Positions 8,929-19,390 are shown, counted from the first letter of the stretch. The stretch is 32,000 nucleotides of DNA from Synechocystis sp. PCC 6803 substr. PCC-P (GCF_000284455.1 NC_017039.1:2850001-2882000), one strand, 5' to 3'. Program-made: numbers and translations. Notes: a model not told the origin generated them from the letters alone.

Positions 8929-9666
8929 TTAAAGGGGATCCATCAAGTCAAATAAACGAATTTTTAAGGCTTCAATCTGGGACAGAGGAGCCACCCCAGT
9001 GGGGCAAGAATCACTACACATGCGGCAGTTGTTGCATCCCCACACCCCCTGTTTATCTTTGCCCAGGGCTTCGAGGCGGGCCTTAGTGGCCATATCCCGA
9101 TTATCTAAAATCAAACGGTTAGCTTTGGCTAGGGCATGGGGCCCGACAAAATTTTCGTTTTTCTTTTTGGCGTCGCAGTCGGAATAACAAACTCCACAAA
9201 GAACACAATTGCTCACATCGTTGAGGGCAGCCCGCTGCTCTGGGGATTGGGAAAATTCTGCTCCTTTTTCCCCTTGGTGCTTATTAATCAAATAGGGATA
9301 AACCGCATCTAACCCGGCAAAAAATTTCTCCATATCCACCACCAAGTCTTTAATAACGGGTAAATTCCCCAGGGGACTGATGGTGAAAACTCCGGTATTT
9401 TCCTGGTTACTTTCGGCTAACCACTGGCCCAAGCTTTTAATACTTTCTTTGCAGGCCAACACCGGGCGATCGTTCACCCTCACGGCGCAGCTACCACAGA
9501 TGGCATTACGGCAATTCTTGCGGAAGGCCAAGCTGCCATCCTGTTGCCATTTGATCTGATTTAAACAATTTAGGATGCTGGTTTGGGGATCAACATCCAA
9601 ATAATAATTCTGCCAATGGCGATCGCCATCAGTTAGTTGTCGTTGTATTTTGCAAACAATTTCCAT
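8929..9666 (-). CDS. sdhB: Succinate dehydrogenase/fumarate reductase iron-sulfur subunit
   Basis: 2Fe-2S motif 'CRNAICGSCAVRVNDRPVLAC', then ferredoxin-type 'CVLCGVCYSDC' and 'CNNCRMCSDSCPTG'. Confidence 0.93.
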   Translation of the reverse strand: MEIVCKIQRQLTDGDRHWQNYYLDVDPQTSILNCLNQIKWQQDGSLAFRKNCRNAICGSCAVRVNDRPVLACKESIKSLGQWLAESNQENTGVFTISPLGNLPVIKDLVVDMEKFFAGLDAVYPYLINKHQGEKGAEFSQSPEQRAALNDVSNCVLCGVCYSDCDAKKKNENFVGPHALAKANRLILDNRDMATKARLEALGKDKQGVWGCNNCRMCSDSCPTGVAPLSQIEALKIRLFDLMDPL

Positions 9667-9688
9667 GGTATGAGGAAATCAACAGGGC

Positions 9689-9719
9689 AAAAAAGGCTCG
9701 ACCTTCCTATTACGGAAGG
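9689..9719 (-). terminator. Candidate rho-independent terminator downstream of cyabrB2
   Basis: Minus-strand reading gives ccttcc-gtaata-ggaagg followed shortly by gccTTTTTTG. The stem is 9702-9707 / 9714-9719. Confidence 0.45.
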
Positions 9720-9832
9720 GCCGGGGGCAATAATTTTTATTCCTGGTCCCGGCAAAATTCCATAGATCAATGGGGAATTGTAGGAGGATGTCCCCCTTAA
9801 ATTTTATCCCCATTAGTCCCAGCAAATTAGCC

Positions 9833-10222
9833 TTACTCTTCTTCGTCGTCAGCCCCCACCTGTTTGAGGTGAATGTGTTTGCGACCGAGGGTAATTTCAA
9901 ATTCATCTCCCACGTTGAGGCTCATTTTTTTTGTGTAGGCGGCTCCAATGAGAAGATTGCCGTTGGATTGCACGCTAATGCGGTAACTAGCGGAGCGGCC
10001 ACCCCGACCTTGACCGGAAGCAGAACTGTCTAAATCAATGCCTTGGGCATCCATTAAGGCGTTGTAGAACTTCATCATATTGACCCGGGGCAGGCCTTTT
10101 TTTGTGGAAGTTACATAACCGCAGATTTTAGCTTTCTCTTCTTTGGGCAGATCGCCTAATTCTTTAACTTTCTCGAGCAATGCTTCGCCAGTTAGGGGCT
10201 TGGTTGCGTTTGATTTAGCCAT
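9833..10222 (-). CDS. abrB2: AbrB-family transcriptional regulator cyAbrB2
   Basis: 'TGEALLEKVKELGDLPKEEKAKICGYVTSTKKGLPRVNMMKFYNALMDAQGIDLD...SYRISVQSNGNLLIGAAYTKKMSLNVGDEFEITLGRKHIHLKQV' is the cyanobacterial AbrB layout. Confidence 0.9.
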   Translation of the reverse strand: MAKSNATKPLTGEALLEKVKELGDLPKEEKAKICGYVTSTKKGLPRVNMMKFYNALMDAQGIDLDSSASGQGRGGRSASYRISVQSNGNLLIGAAYTKKMSLNVGDEFEITLGRKHIHLKQVGADDEEE

Positions 10223-10415
10223 TCAAGTTTTCGGTGATTGAGATTGATCAGAATTGGTAAGCAAGGGAAGATTAGTCGAAGGAATGGTTGACTCTTTTGC
10301 TCCTTGCTACCCTGCTTATATTACACGTTTCTTGGAATAATTATCTAGTTTGTTCAAATAAATAGTTAATTTAATGGGATAGTTGATGGGCAAGGATGGC
10401 TTCTATACTAAAGGG

Positions 10416-10859
10416 ATGAAGTTGACAACAAAAAGCCATTACAGTGTTAAAGCCTTACTGGATTTAGCTCTACAACCGGACTACGGCCCTGCTTCGGTGA
10501 AGGCGATCGCCGAGCGACAGAATATCCCTGGGCCCTATCTGGAAAAACTGTTGATTACCCTGCGACGGGCGGGCATAGTTAATGCCTATCGGGGGGTGAG
10601 GGGAGGATATCAATTGGCCCAGGCCCCGGATCAAATTTCCCTGGGGCAAATATTAGCGGCCCTGGAAGAAAGCCTGGAACCATTTCCCCAATATGGGGAT
10701 GACCAAAGTTTGGCGGAGGATTGGGTTACCCTCAGTGTGTGGCGACAACTACACCAAAAATTTGTCAAAGCTCTCTATTCAATTACTTTGGCTGACCTTT
10801 ATTACGATGCCCGCAGTTGGCAGGCGGCCCAAGGGGAAGGGATTAATTTTATTGTTTGA
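10416..10859 (+). CDS. Rrf2-family transcriptional regulator
   Basis: 'MKLTTKSHYSVKALLDLAL...GPASVKAIAERQNIPGPYLEKLLITLRRAGIVNAYRGVRGGYQLAQAPDQISLGQILAALE' is the Rrf2 wHTH. ATG at 10416 is preferred over TTG at 10383. Confidence 0.93.
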   Translation: MKLTTKSHYSVKALLDLALQPDYGPASVKAIAERQNIPGPYLEKLLITLRRAGIVNAYRGVRGGYQLAQAPDQISLGQILAALEESLEPFPQYGDDQSLAEDWVTLSVWRQLHQKFVKALYSITLADLYYDARSWQAAQGEGINFIV

Positions 10860-10920
10860 TTGATCGAAAAATAAAGGCGGGATATCAATCTTCAAACCGC
10901 TTAATTGTTAGGCGATCGGG

Positions 10921-13900
10921 CTAAACTTCCCCATCAACATGGGGCAACTGGGACCCTTCATAGGCCAGCCATTGGTTGCGACCTTTTGCTTTGGCTTCAT
11001 ACAGCGCCAAATCCGCCGCTTTGACCAGAGCGTTGGGATTGATATGGCGTTCGGGAGTATAAACGGCAATGCCAATGCTGAGGGTGACATGGCCCGTGCC
11101 GGATACCGTGTGGGGAATGGCCAAATTAGCCACTTCCACCTGGAGAGCTTCCGTTACATTGATTGCCCCTTCTAGGCTAGTTTCGGAAAGAATAATAGCA
11201 AATTCTTCTCCCCCGTAGCGAGCCACTAAATCCGTTGGTCTTTTGGCAACTTTGGCCATGGCATCGGCAATTTTTTTCAGACATCGATCGCCAGCAGGAT
11301 GACCATAATTGTCGTTAAAACCTTTGAAAAAATCCACGTCACAAAGCAGCAGAGCTAAGGGTTCCCTAATCCGTTGTAATCGTTGCCATTCCCGTTCCAG
11401 GGTGGAATCAAATAAGTAGCGGTTACCCACTTGGGTGAGGGCATCCAAGGAGGAAATTTGCTGTAACCGAATGTTGGCCGTTTCCAATTGTTCATACAGT
11501 TCCCCCTGGTGAATGGCGATCGCCACCTGGGTTGCCAACTCCATCAACAGTTGCAGATCCTCTTCTTGCCAATAACGGGGGGTTTTGCATTCATGGGCAA
11601 TGAGCAAACCCCAAAGATTTTCATTGAAAACCACCGGCACTACCAAATTAGCTTTGACCTGGTAATGGCGCAGTAACTCCTTGTGGCAGTCCGCCAAGTC
11701 AGCCTTTTCAATGTCAGATACAGCCCGCACCCTACCTTCTCGATACAGCCGCAGATAATGGCCCTTAAAACAGGGATCGTCAATTTCATCGTTAATAATT
11801 GATCGGCAAAAATCATTGTGGGATTCCGTCACCACCTGCCCCGACCACTGGGAATTAAATTTAAATAACACCACCCGGTCAGTATTTAGGAATTGCCTCA
11901 CTTCGGTGACGGTGGAGTACAAAATGTCGTTGATGTTGAGGGAAGCGCGAATTTTATTGGCAATTTTCAACACTAATTTTTCCTTGACATTGCGCTGTTG
12001 CAACCGTTCCTTGAGCAAAACGTAATCGTGCAGTTTTTCTGTCCAAGGATTTTCCCGATTGAGGGAATTGGGCAAGGGGCGATCGCCAACATTACCCTGG
12101 CCCGCCTCTGTTTCTGTTTCCGGCAGAGCAACCTTGGGCAGGGGCGGAGTGGGGCCAAAATCAAGAATCTGTGGATAGTAAAGATAGGTCATCATCGCTT
12201 CTGCTGGAAGGGGCCTAGTGAGGAAATAGCCCTGGCCCAGATGGCAACCCATTTTCTGCAAACGTTGCAGTTGGGCTTCCGATTCGATCCCTTCGGCCAC
12301 AGTTTCCAGATTTAAACCATTGGCCAAATCAATCACGTACTGAATAATGGCGGTGTCTGCCCCCTCATTGAGCAAATCATTCACAAAGGATTTATCAATT
12401 TTCAGGCGGTGAATGGGCAATTGCTTGAGAATGCTGAGGGAAGAATAGCCGGTGCCAAAGTCGTCGATCGCCACCTGTACCCCCTCTTCCCGCAGACGAT
12501 GGAGCAGCACCACTGTCCCTTTAATATCCTCCATCATCAAACTTTCGGTAATTTCGAGTTCCAAGTCCTCCGGCGGCATGCCTGTGCGTTTCAAACATTC
12601 CAGCACCGAATTAAGCCATTTTTCGTCCTGGAATTGACGGGCCGAGATATTTACTGCCATGCGTAGCCGACGCCCCGTTTCCCGGAAAAAATGTTGGTGG
12701 GTAGCACAGGCCGTTTCCAGCACCCATTGCCCTAAATGATTGATCAGCCCCAATTCCTCTGCTAGGGGAATAAACACATCGGGGGCCACCTGCCCCAGTC
12801 GGGGATGCTGCCAACGCACCAAGGCTTCTACCCCTAACAATTTACCCGTATCAAGGGCCACCTGGGGTTGGAAGTAGAGTACAAACTCTTGATTAGTCAA
12901 GGCCTGCCGCAGGTCTGACTCCAACGTCAGGCGATCGAGCATGGGGGCTGAATCCTGGGGGCGGTAAAACTGGTAAGTGTTTTTGCCCTGACATTTCGCC
13001 CTAGTGAGGGCAATTTCTGCAAACTTCAGCAAAGATTCCGCCGTTTCCCCATCGTAGGGAGCGGTGCTAATGCCCATACTGGCGGTGAGATAAATGGGTT
13101 GGCCCTGGAGGAAAAAGGGTTCTTGAAAGGTGCTCAACAGTCTTTCACACAGGGGAATCATTTCCTGGTTATCACTAATTTGGGTCAGCAAAATAGTGAA
13201 GCCATCCCCATGCCAACGGGACAGAAGGGGGCTATAGGCCGCTAGGGGGCTAAGTTTTTGATTGAGGCGATCGGCCACTTCCTGCAACAGACCATCCCCG
13301 GTTTTATGGCCAAAGCTTTCATTAATGCGTTTAAATCTATCCATGGCAATAACCAAAACCCCCACCATTTTCCCTTCATAGAGAGCATCCAACAGAGCTA
13401 GGGTGAGTTGACGATTAAAAATGATCCAATTGGGCAATTGGGTCAGGGGATCGTAGGCAGTTTGCTGGGTAATCAGTCTAGTCACAAACTGTTGGGTAAT
13501 GGCCATGTACAGTTGGGTGCTGGCCACTTGGGCTAATTTCCGTTCTGAGCGATTCCAGGTGGGCACCAATTTTTGGGTTTCTTCCCAAGCCTCGAAGGAA
13601 AGACGGGGCAGAATATTGCGGCGGTCAATGCCCCGTTTCCCGGCCCAGTGTTTTACCAAAGATTTCTCCTTCCGCAGCAGAATTAAGCTCCCCACCCATT
13701 GCTGATCCGCCGCCAGGGGCACAATCAGGAAAGATTGGAAATTTTCTGCGCTTAGGGATTCCGGCGGGGCAATCCAATCGGAGCGCTGTTCTAATTCCCC
13801 CAAAGTGTAACCATGGGGCACACAGTTAGTGGGAGGTAGCGGTGCCACACTGGTGAACGGTCGAGGTTTTTCCCAGGTGGACTGTACTGCGGCCATCGGC

Positions 13901-14751
13901 TCCATCGCTGCTGAAGGTTGGCCCCGCATTAGCTCCTGCCACAGGGACGTTTCCAGCCAATTGCCCCAGTCAAATCTGAGGTTCCATTGGTAATGCTGGG
14001 CAACAGAACCGGTTAAATCCGGGGCAATGTAGAGCACAGCTCCATCGGCTTCCACGGCTTGCCCCACTGTTTCCAATGCATACTGCCAGGTTTCCGGACG
14101 ATCGCCATACTGAGCCACCGTTGTTTCTAGCCTTTGTACCAGCGCTTCCTGTACCTGTTGCTGATGTACCTGCCGGCTTAACTGGGACTGGGTAATGGCC
14201 AGGGAAACTTCCTTGCTCAACAGGGCCATGGTTTCCCACTCCTGCTCGGTAAATCGCCGGGGTTTACTGTGGTGTACCGCCATAATGCCCCACAGTTGCT
14301 GATCCTGCATTACGGGCACCGTTAGGGAGGATAACACCCCCATGGCAAGGAGATATTGAATATGACAACTATCCACTGTTGTGTAATGGCCATTACTATG
14401 CTCCGTCGGACTAATGCGACCGGACAACTCGTGGGATTTTTTCCGACGGTGGGCCACATCCACGGCGATCATCTTCCTTTGGTTACCCAACTCTTCCCTG
14501 GCCTGGGGCGGAATGTCCTCCACCGGAAAATGTAGCCCCAACAAGGATGGCAAAGCAGCTCTGTTAACTGCCTCTGCCAACACTTCCCCGCTGCCATCGC
14601 TGGCAAATTTGTAAATTTTTACCCGGTCCACTCCTAAAAAGATACGAGCCTCTTCCACAATTACCTGGAGGGTTTCCCGTAAAGTCAAAGCCCGGTGGAA
14701 CTTATTGATGACGTTACGGAGAAAATCTTCTAAGGATCGATTAGGGTTCAT
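10921..14751 (-). CDS. cph2: Phytochrome-like Cph2: GAF-GAF-GGDEF-EAL-GAF(CBCR)-GGDEF, 1276 aa
   Basis: N-terminal phytochrome GAF with '[21 protein letters not shown]'; degenerate GGDEF ('HGDGF'); EAL ('EALVRW'); C-terminal GAF with DXCF-type '[18 protein letters not shown]' plus '[10 protein letters not shown]'; final GGEEF ('[12 protein letters not shown]'). Confidence 0.95.
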
Positions 14752-15199
14752 GTTTTGACTCGGCGGGGATTAAGCGGTGGGAAGGATCTCGTTGTAACGA
14801 CCAACAACCCAAGACCCGAAAGAACAAATTACTAGGAACAGCAAAATCGATCAAAATCCTGGCTTATCCCTTTGGCAACCATGGCTGCAAGGGCAAACCT
14901 TAAAATTTTGATGACTCTGACCGTCTATGTTTACCCTATCCTCTAAGCAATTAGACTTATGGGAAAGGAAGATAAAATTTAACCTATTGAATAAAGTAAA
15001 TGTAAAAAATTTACTCAGCTAAATTGTCTCTATATCTTAACAAAATTGAGGCCAGAACTAGGGTCATGGTATTTCCCCTCGGTTGGGAAAGTTGCACCTT
15101 GGTCGGCTAGCCCCCACAATAAAGCCAATTTGCGGGGCTTCATTTCCCCGGTCTTGGTTCCGATAGTTTATACACCCGTAACTTGAAATTACCTCTTCT

Positions 15200-15679
15200 G
15201 TGATCGCCATTTATCCCGGTAGTTTTGACCCCATCACCCTCGGCCATTTGGACATTATTGAGCGGGGTAGTGGTTTGTTTGAACAAATCATTGTCGCTGT
15301 GCTCTGTAATCCCAGCAAGCAACCCCTATTTTCGGTGGAAAAGCGGCTGGAACAGATCCGCCACTGTACCCAACATCTGACCAATGTGACCGTGGATAGC
15401 TTTAACGGACTGACGGTGGACTACGCTAAGCAAAAACAGGCAACGGTATTACTACGGGGTCTGCGAGTCCTGTCGGACTTTGAGAAGGAACTACAAATGG
15501 CCCACACTAACCAAACTCTTTGGGACGGAGTGGAAACCGTATTTTTGGCCACCGCCAAGGAATATAGCTTTTTAAGTAGTAGTATTGTCAAAGAAATTGC
15601 CAAGTTCGGTGGTAGTGTGGATCATCTTGTTCCCCCCTCAATCTTGGCCGATATTTGCTCTTCCTATCCATCCCCCTAG
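15200..15679 (+). CDS. coaD: Phosphopantetheine adenylyltransferase
   Basis: '[26 protein letters not shown]' and '[28 protein letters not shown]'. GTG start. Confidence 0.95.
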   Translation: MIAIYPGSFDPITLGHLDIIERGSGLFEQIIVAVLCNPSKQPLFSVEKRLEQIRHCTQHLTNVTVDSFNGLTVDYAKQKQATVLLRGLRVLSDFEKELQMAHTNQTLWDGVETVFLATAKEYSFLSSSIVKEIAKFGGSVDHLVPPSILADICSSYPSP

Positions 15680-15744
15680 ATAAATTGCGTTAAAACTGTT
15701 TTAAATTTCGTTCTATTTGCCCCGTCAAGCGCCTAGATAACCCT

Positions 15745-16578
15745 ATGACCCGCCGAGAGAGTGCCAATCCTGAAGTAACTGAGAATAGCGCCGTTGTGCC
15801 CGGCCAGACGGTGGATTTTGATATTCAACAACAACTAGCTGAGCTGCAAGAATTACTCTATGACAGCTTCCACATTCCCCTAACAGCCTGGAGTGTGGTG
15901 GATGAGGAAAAAATCCTGGACCAAATTGATGTCATTGCTGAATTTATTCCAGGGGCGGTTCATCGGGCGATCGCCATTTTGGAAAGGGAACAGCAAATTT
16001 TGCAGGGGGCGGAGTTAGAAGCCCAACGGATGATTGAAGTGGCCCACCAGGAGGCCCAGCGCATTAAGGATGAATCGGGCATTATCCAAAAGGCCCAATA
16101 CGAAGCCGACCAATACAAAGCCCAAGTTCAACAGGATTGCGATGCCCTCCAGCGCCAGGTGCAACAGGAATGTGAAGCTTTGCAAAGGCAAACCCAACAG
16201 GAGTGCGACACCCTACGGCGACAGACCATGGGGGAACTAGAGCAAATCAAGCAAGTTACCCATCAGGAAATCCAACAGTTTCGTCAGCAAACTGTGCAGG
16301 AATGTGAAGCCCTACAAAAACAAACGGAACAGGAAGCCACCGAAATGCAGAGGGATGTGGATACCTATGCCGATCGCCTGTTGAGCCGCCTGGAAGGAGA
16401 ATTAGGGCAAATGATGCGCAGTGTGAGCCAAAGCCGCCAGATCCTCTACGAAAATTCCGCTGAACATAACGCCACCATCACCAACCGTCCCCCCGTGGCC
16501 ACCCCCAGCCCAGTGCTCCCGCCTTCCCCTGGCCCCAAACCCCCCAGAGGCGATCGCCCCCGCCGCCGTTCCCGTTAA
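15745..16578 (+). CDS. cdv3: Coiled-coil DivIVA-like protein, probably the cell-division protein Cdv3
   Basis: N-terminal 'FDIQQQLAELQELLYDSFHIPLTAWSVVDEEKILDQIDVIAEFIP...', a long Q/E-rich coiled coil with 11-residue periodicity, and a Pro/Arg-rich C-terminal tail. The family name is from memory. Confidence 0.6.
   Translation: MTRRESANPEVTENSAVVPGQTVDFDIQQQLAELQELLYDSFHIPLTAWSVVDEEKILDQIDVIAEFIPGAVHRAIAILEREQQILQGAELEAQRMIEVAHQEAQRIKDESGIIQKAQYEADQYKAQVQQDCDALQRQVQQECEALQRQTQQECDTLRRQTMGELEQIKQVTHQEIQQFRQQTVQECEALQKQTEQEATEMQRDVDTYADRLLSRLEGELGQMMRSVSQSRQILYENSAEHNATITNRPPVATPSPVLPPSPGPKPPRGDRPRRRSR
16126..16356 (+). repeat. Seven consecutive 11-residue (33-nt) coiled-coil repeats within the coding sequence
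   Basis: VQQDCDALQRQ / VQQECEALQRQ / TQQECDTLRRQ / TMGELEQIKQV / THQEIQQFRQQ / TVQECEALQKQ / TEQEATEMQRD. Confidence 0.8.
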
Positions 16579-16594
16579 GCTGAAGTAAGTTATT

Positions 16595-17389
16595 GTGTCA
16601 TTGAATCTAGACAAAGATAATCGCGACCTATCGTCAAACCAGGGGCATTTAGGGGAATTTCGTCGGGGGTTAGAAAATTGGCCCCCAGGTTTGGTTTGGC
16701 AACCTGACGGGGAACAGATTGAGGCCATGGTCAAGCTCTACCAAGGAGTCCTGGTCGGTAATGCCCGCTTGAATTTGACCCGCATTACCGCTCCCCTGGA
16801 TTTCCTAGAAAAACACCTTTGGGATTCCCTGGCGGGGGTTTTATTGTCGGACCATAGCCGTAATTGCCCCCAAGCTCGGGTGATCGACATTGGCACTGGG
16901 GGAGGATTCCCTGGATTGCCAGTGGCCTTGGTGTGGCCCCAGTGGTCTGTGGCCCTGTTGGATTCCACCCATAAAAAAATTAACTATCTAGAGGAATTGG
17001 GGCACCGTTTGGGCTTAGCTAATTTGGCCTATCTGGTGGCCAGGGCGGAAGCTGTGGGGAACCAGCCCCAGCATCGCTCCCAGTATGATTTGGCTTTAAT
17101 TCGGGCCGTGGGAGAGGGGGTTGTCTGTGCGGAATATGCCCTACCTTTGGTGAAGGTGGGGGGCACGGTGGTGCTTTACCGGGGTCAATGGTCAGCGGCG
17201 GAAGCAGAACAATTGGAACGGGCCTGCGCTCTATTGGGGGGCAAAGTCAGTGCCACGGTGGCAGCCGTTACCCCCTGGAGTGGGGCCCAGCGACACTTTA
17301 TCTATCTAACCAAGGAAAAACCTACTCCCAGTGATTTTCCCCGGGCGATCGGAGTACCCCGTTCCCATCCCTTGGGGGTGGAGAATTAA
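16595..17389 (+). CDS. rsmG: 16S rRNA (guanine-N7) methyltransferase RsmG/GidB
   Basis: '[22 protein letters not shown]...[40 protein letters not shown]'. GTG start. Confidence 0.95.
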
Positions 17390-17579
17390 CTTCGTTATCC
17401 CCGGAGATTTGTTGTCATAAATTGCTGACAGAAAATTTTTCTGAGGGAAAAGTGTCATTGAAGCTAAAATTTGCCGTATAAGATAATAAAGCATCCTACT
17501 CAGGCGGCCCGCTGCACCTTTTTTGGACTAGAGTTAACTTTTACTGCGTTCATTGTTATCTTTAGCTCGCTGGCGGTAT

Positions 17580-18527
17580 ATGCTAGGGGAGTGGCCATCC
17601 AAATTTGAGGGTACGACCTTGGATCAGCAAAAAATCCTCGGCTATTTTATCGAAGAAGCTCAGGAGCATTTGGAAACCCTGGAACGGGGCATCCTTGACT
17701 TGGGTAAGGTGGTGCAGGACTCGGAACAGGTCAACGAAATGTTTCGGGCGGCCCATTCCATTAAAGGGGGGGCGGCCATGTTGGGCTACACCAGCATCCA
17801 AAAAACGGCCCATCGTTTGGAAGATGCCTTCAAGGTGTTGAAGGAGCATCAATTGCCCGTGGATCAAAAATTGGAGTCCCTATTCCTCAACGGCTACGAT
17901 GTCTTGCAGGATTTGGTGGAAAAATTGCAGAGTCCCGCTGGACTTCAGCCAGAAGAGGCAGATTCCATTGTGGATGGGGCAGCATATCAGTTTGAAGAGT
18001 TACAGAATTATCTGAATTATCTCCTCAACCAGGGCAGTGCCACGGCCACTTCTACCCAAACTATGGCGGCCAAGTCCACCAGTACAGGTACGTTCAATGA
18101 GAGTGATGTGCCGGAGGAAATTAAGGTCCTGCTACATAAAATGTTGCAGTTGTTTAAGCAGGAACCATCGGCCACTTCTCGGGAAAAACTTCAGGAATAT
18201 TGCACTCGTCTGGGTCGCCTAGCCCCCAAGCAAGAAAATTGGCAGCATTTGCTCTCCCTCAGTAAACAGGCGATCGCCAATCCATTGCATTCCTACCGTA
18301 CCTTGGCCCCGGTGGTGCTGAAGGATCTTAAACAGGGCTATGACTGTTTTGTGTTAGCCAAGCCTGGAAACATTCGGGTCAGCGATGGTCTTAAACAATT
18401 GGCCTCTAGCCAAGTGGCCCAGGTTCTCATTCCAGCAGACCCAGCGGCGGCAGCTAGCGTTCTCATGAAGGTATTCAACGACAGCCAACTGCGTCAATTG
18501 ATTAAAAATCTTTCTGCCGCCCGTTAG
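17580..18527 (+). CDS. pilL-N: Hpt-domain protein, N-terminal part of a split CheA-like kinase (PilL-N / Hik36 type)
   Basis: 'YFIEEAQEHLETLERGILDLGKVVQDSEQVNEMFRAAHSIKGGAAMLGYTSIQKTAHRLEDAFKVL' is a CheA P1/Hpt domain with the phospho-acceptor His. There is no HATPase, CheW or receiver domain before the stop. The track start is TTG at 17553; ATG at 17580 is in frame. Confidence 0.88.
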   Translation: MLGEWPSKFEGTTLDQQKILGYFIEEAQEHLETLERGILDLGKVVQDSEQVNEMFRAAHSIKGGAAMLGYTSIQKTAHRLEDAFKVLKEHQLPVDQKLESLFLNGYDVLQDLVEKLQSPAGLQPEEADSIVDGAAYQFEELQNYLNYLLNQGSATATSTQTMAAKSTSTGTFNESDVPEEIKVLLHKMLQLFKQEPSATSREKLQEYCTRLGRLAPKQENWQHLLSLSKQAIANPLHSYRTLAPVVLKDLKQGYDCFVLAKPGNIRVSDGLKQLASSQVAQVLIPADPAAAASVLMKVFNDSQLRQLIKNLSAAR

Positions 18528-19174
18528 TTCGGGGTTTTAGACTGGATCAAATAACCACAGGTGTGTTCCCCATCATTAAGCCAATGGGTTCTTTCGATGG
18601 CACAGTCCGGCAGAATAGCGGCAAACATTTCCAACTCATGGCCACAAACGGTGGGGTAGGATTCGGCCACATCGGCGATCGCACAGTGGTGCTCCGACAA
18701 AATAAATTTTTCCGCTTGCTCCACCGAAAGGGGATGAATTTCCGCCATATAACCTTCCTGCCGCCGTAGCTCCACCAGTTTATGTACCCTTTTGGATAAG
18801 GGGCCCTGGCCAATTTGTTGGCGATAGGCTTCCGCCTTCCGTTGCCATTGTTTTTTCAACACTGCCCCCAACTGTTCTTCCCCCACTGTTTCCACCAGGG
18901 AGTCGATGAACGAAAGGGCAAATTCACCGTAACGTTGGGGAAATTGTTCCCGCCCCTGTTTACTCAACTGATAGAGAAATTGGGGTCTGCCCATGCTCTG
19001 TCTTTCCTGTTGATGCTCAATTAGGCCATCATTTTCTAAATCCTTGAGGTGCTTACGCATGGCCTGGGGACTAATGCCCAACTCTTCAGCCATGGCGATC
19101 GCCGATCCTTGCCCCTCTTTGAGGAGATAGCAGAGGATATCTTCTTTGGTGGAGTGGGAAGAACTGAGGGTCAT
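18524..19174 (-). CDS. sufR: SufR, iron-sulfur-dependent repressor of the suf operon
   Basis: DeoR/ArsR-like HTH 'TKEDILCYLLKEGQGSAIAMAEELGISPQAMRKHLKDLENDGLIEH' and C-terminal cysteines 'HHCAIADVAESYPTVCGHELEMFAAILPDCAIERTHWLNDGEHTCGYLI'. Divergent from sufB. ATG at 19174 is preferred over the extended ORF to 19246. Confidence 0.95.
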   Translation of the reverse strand: MTLSSSHSTKEDILCYLLKEGQGSAIAMAEELGISPQAMRKHLKDLENDGLIEHQQERQSMGRPQFLYQLSKQGREQFPQRYGEFALSFIDSLVETVGEEQLGAVLKKQWQRKAEAYRQQIGQGPLSKRVHKLVELRRQEGYMAEIHPLSVEQAEKFILSEHHCAIADVAESYPTVCGHELEMFAAILPDCAIERTHWLNDGEHTCGYLIQSKTPN

Positions 19175-19346
19175 GGTCAACAACAGGAGAAGGAAATTTT
19201 GGAACCGATGCGTGGCAGTCCAGTAAACTGAAAGGACAACCCCCATGCTAAGCAGGATTACCTAAATTAATTGTCGGCTAATTATCAATTAGTTAACCCT
19301 AGTCCATGGCCAAGGGACTTCCCGTAGGAGCACCGACCTTGGCACT

Positions 19347-19376
19347 TTGACAACAATCGGGTTGCTAATCTATTCT
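19347..19376 (+). promoter_or_regulatory. Candidate sigma-70-type promoter for sufBCDS
   Basis: TTGACA (19347-19352), 18-bp spacer, TATTCT (19371-19376). Confidence 0.5.
19351..19364. promoter_or_regulatory. Putative SufR operator site 1 (CAAC-N6-GTTG)
   Basis: Exact CAACAATCGGGTTG in the sufR-sufB intergenic region. Confidence 0.8.
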
Positions 19377-19390
19377 AGAATAGATTAAAA

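Noticed and set aside
9679-10033. Track ORFs 9679..9906 (-) and 9770..10033 (+)
   Set aside because: They cover the cyabrB2-sdhB intergenic region and the antisense of cyabrB2, and are not protein-like.
11998-12315. 105-aa plus-strand ORF and others antisense to cph2
   Set aside because: Explained as shadow ORFs of a highly recognisable 1276-aa gene.
15109-15139. Inverted repeat AGCCCC...GGGGCT upstream of coaD
   Set aside because: Only 6 bp of stem with a 19-nt loop and no T-run. Not convincing as a terminator or riboswitch.
14752-15199. 450-bp gap between cph2 and coaD as a possible ncRNA locus
   Set aside because: AT-rich with no strong structure, conserved RNA motif or tRNA-like fold seen. 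RNA-seq would be needed.
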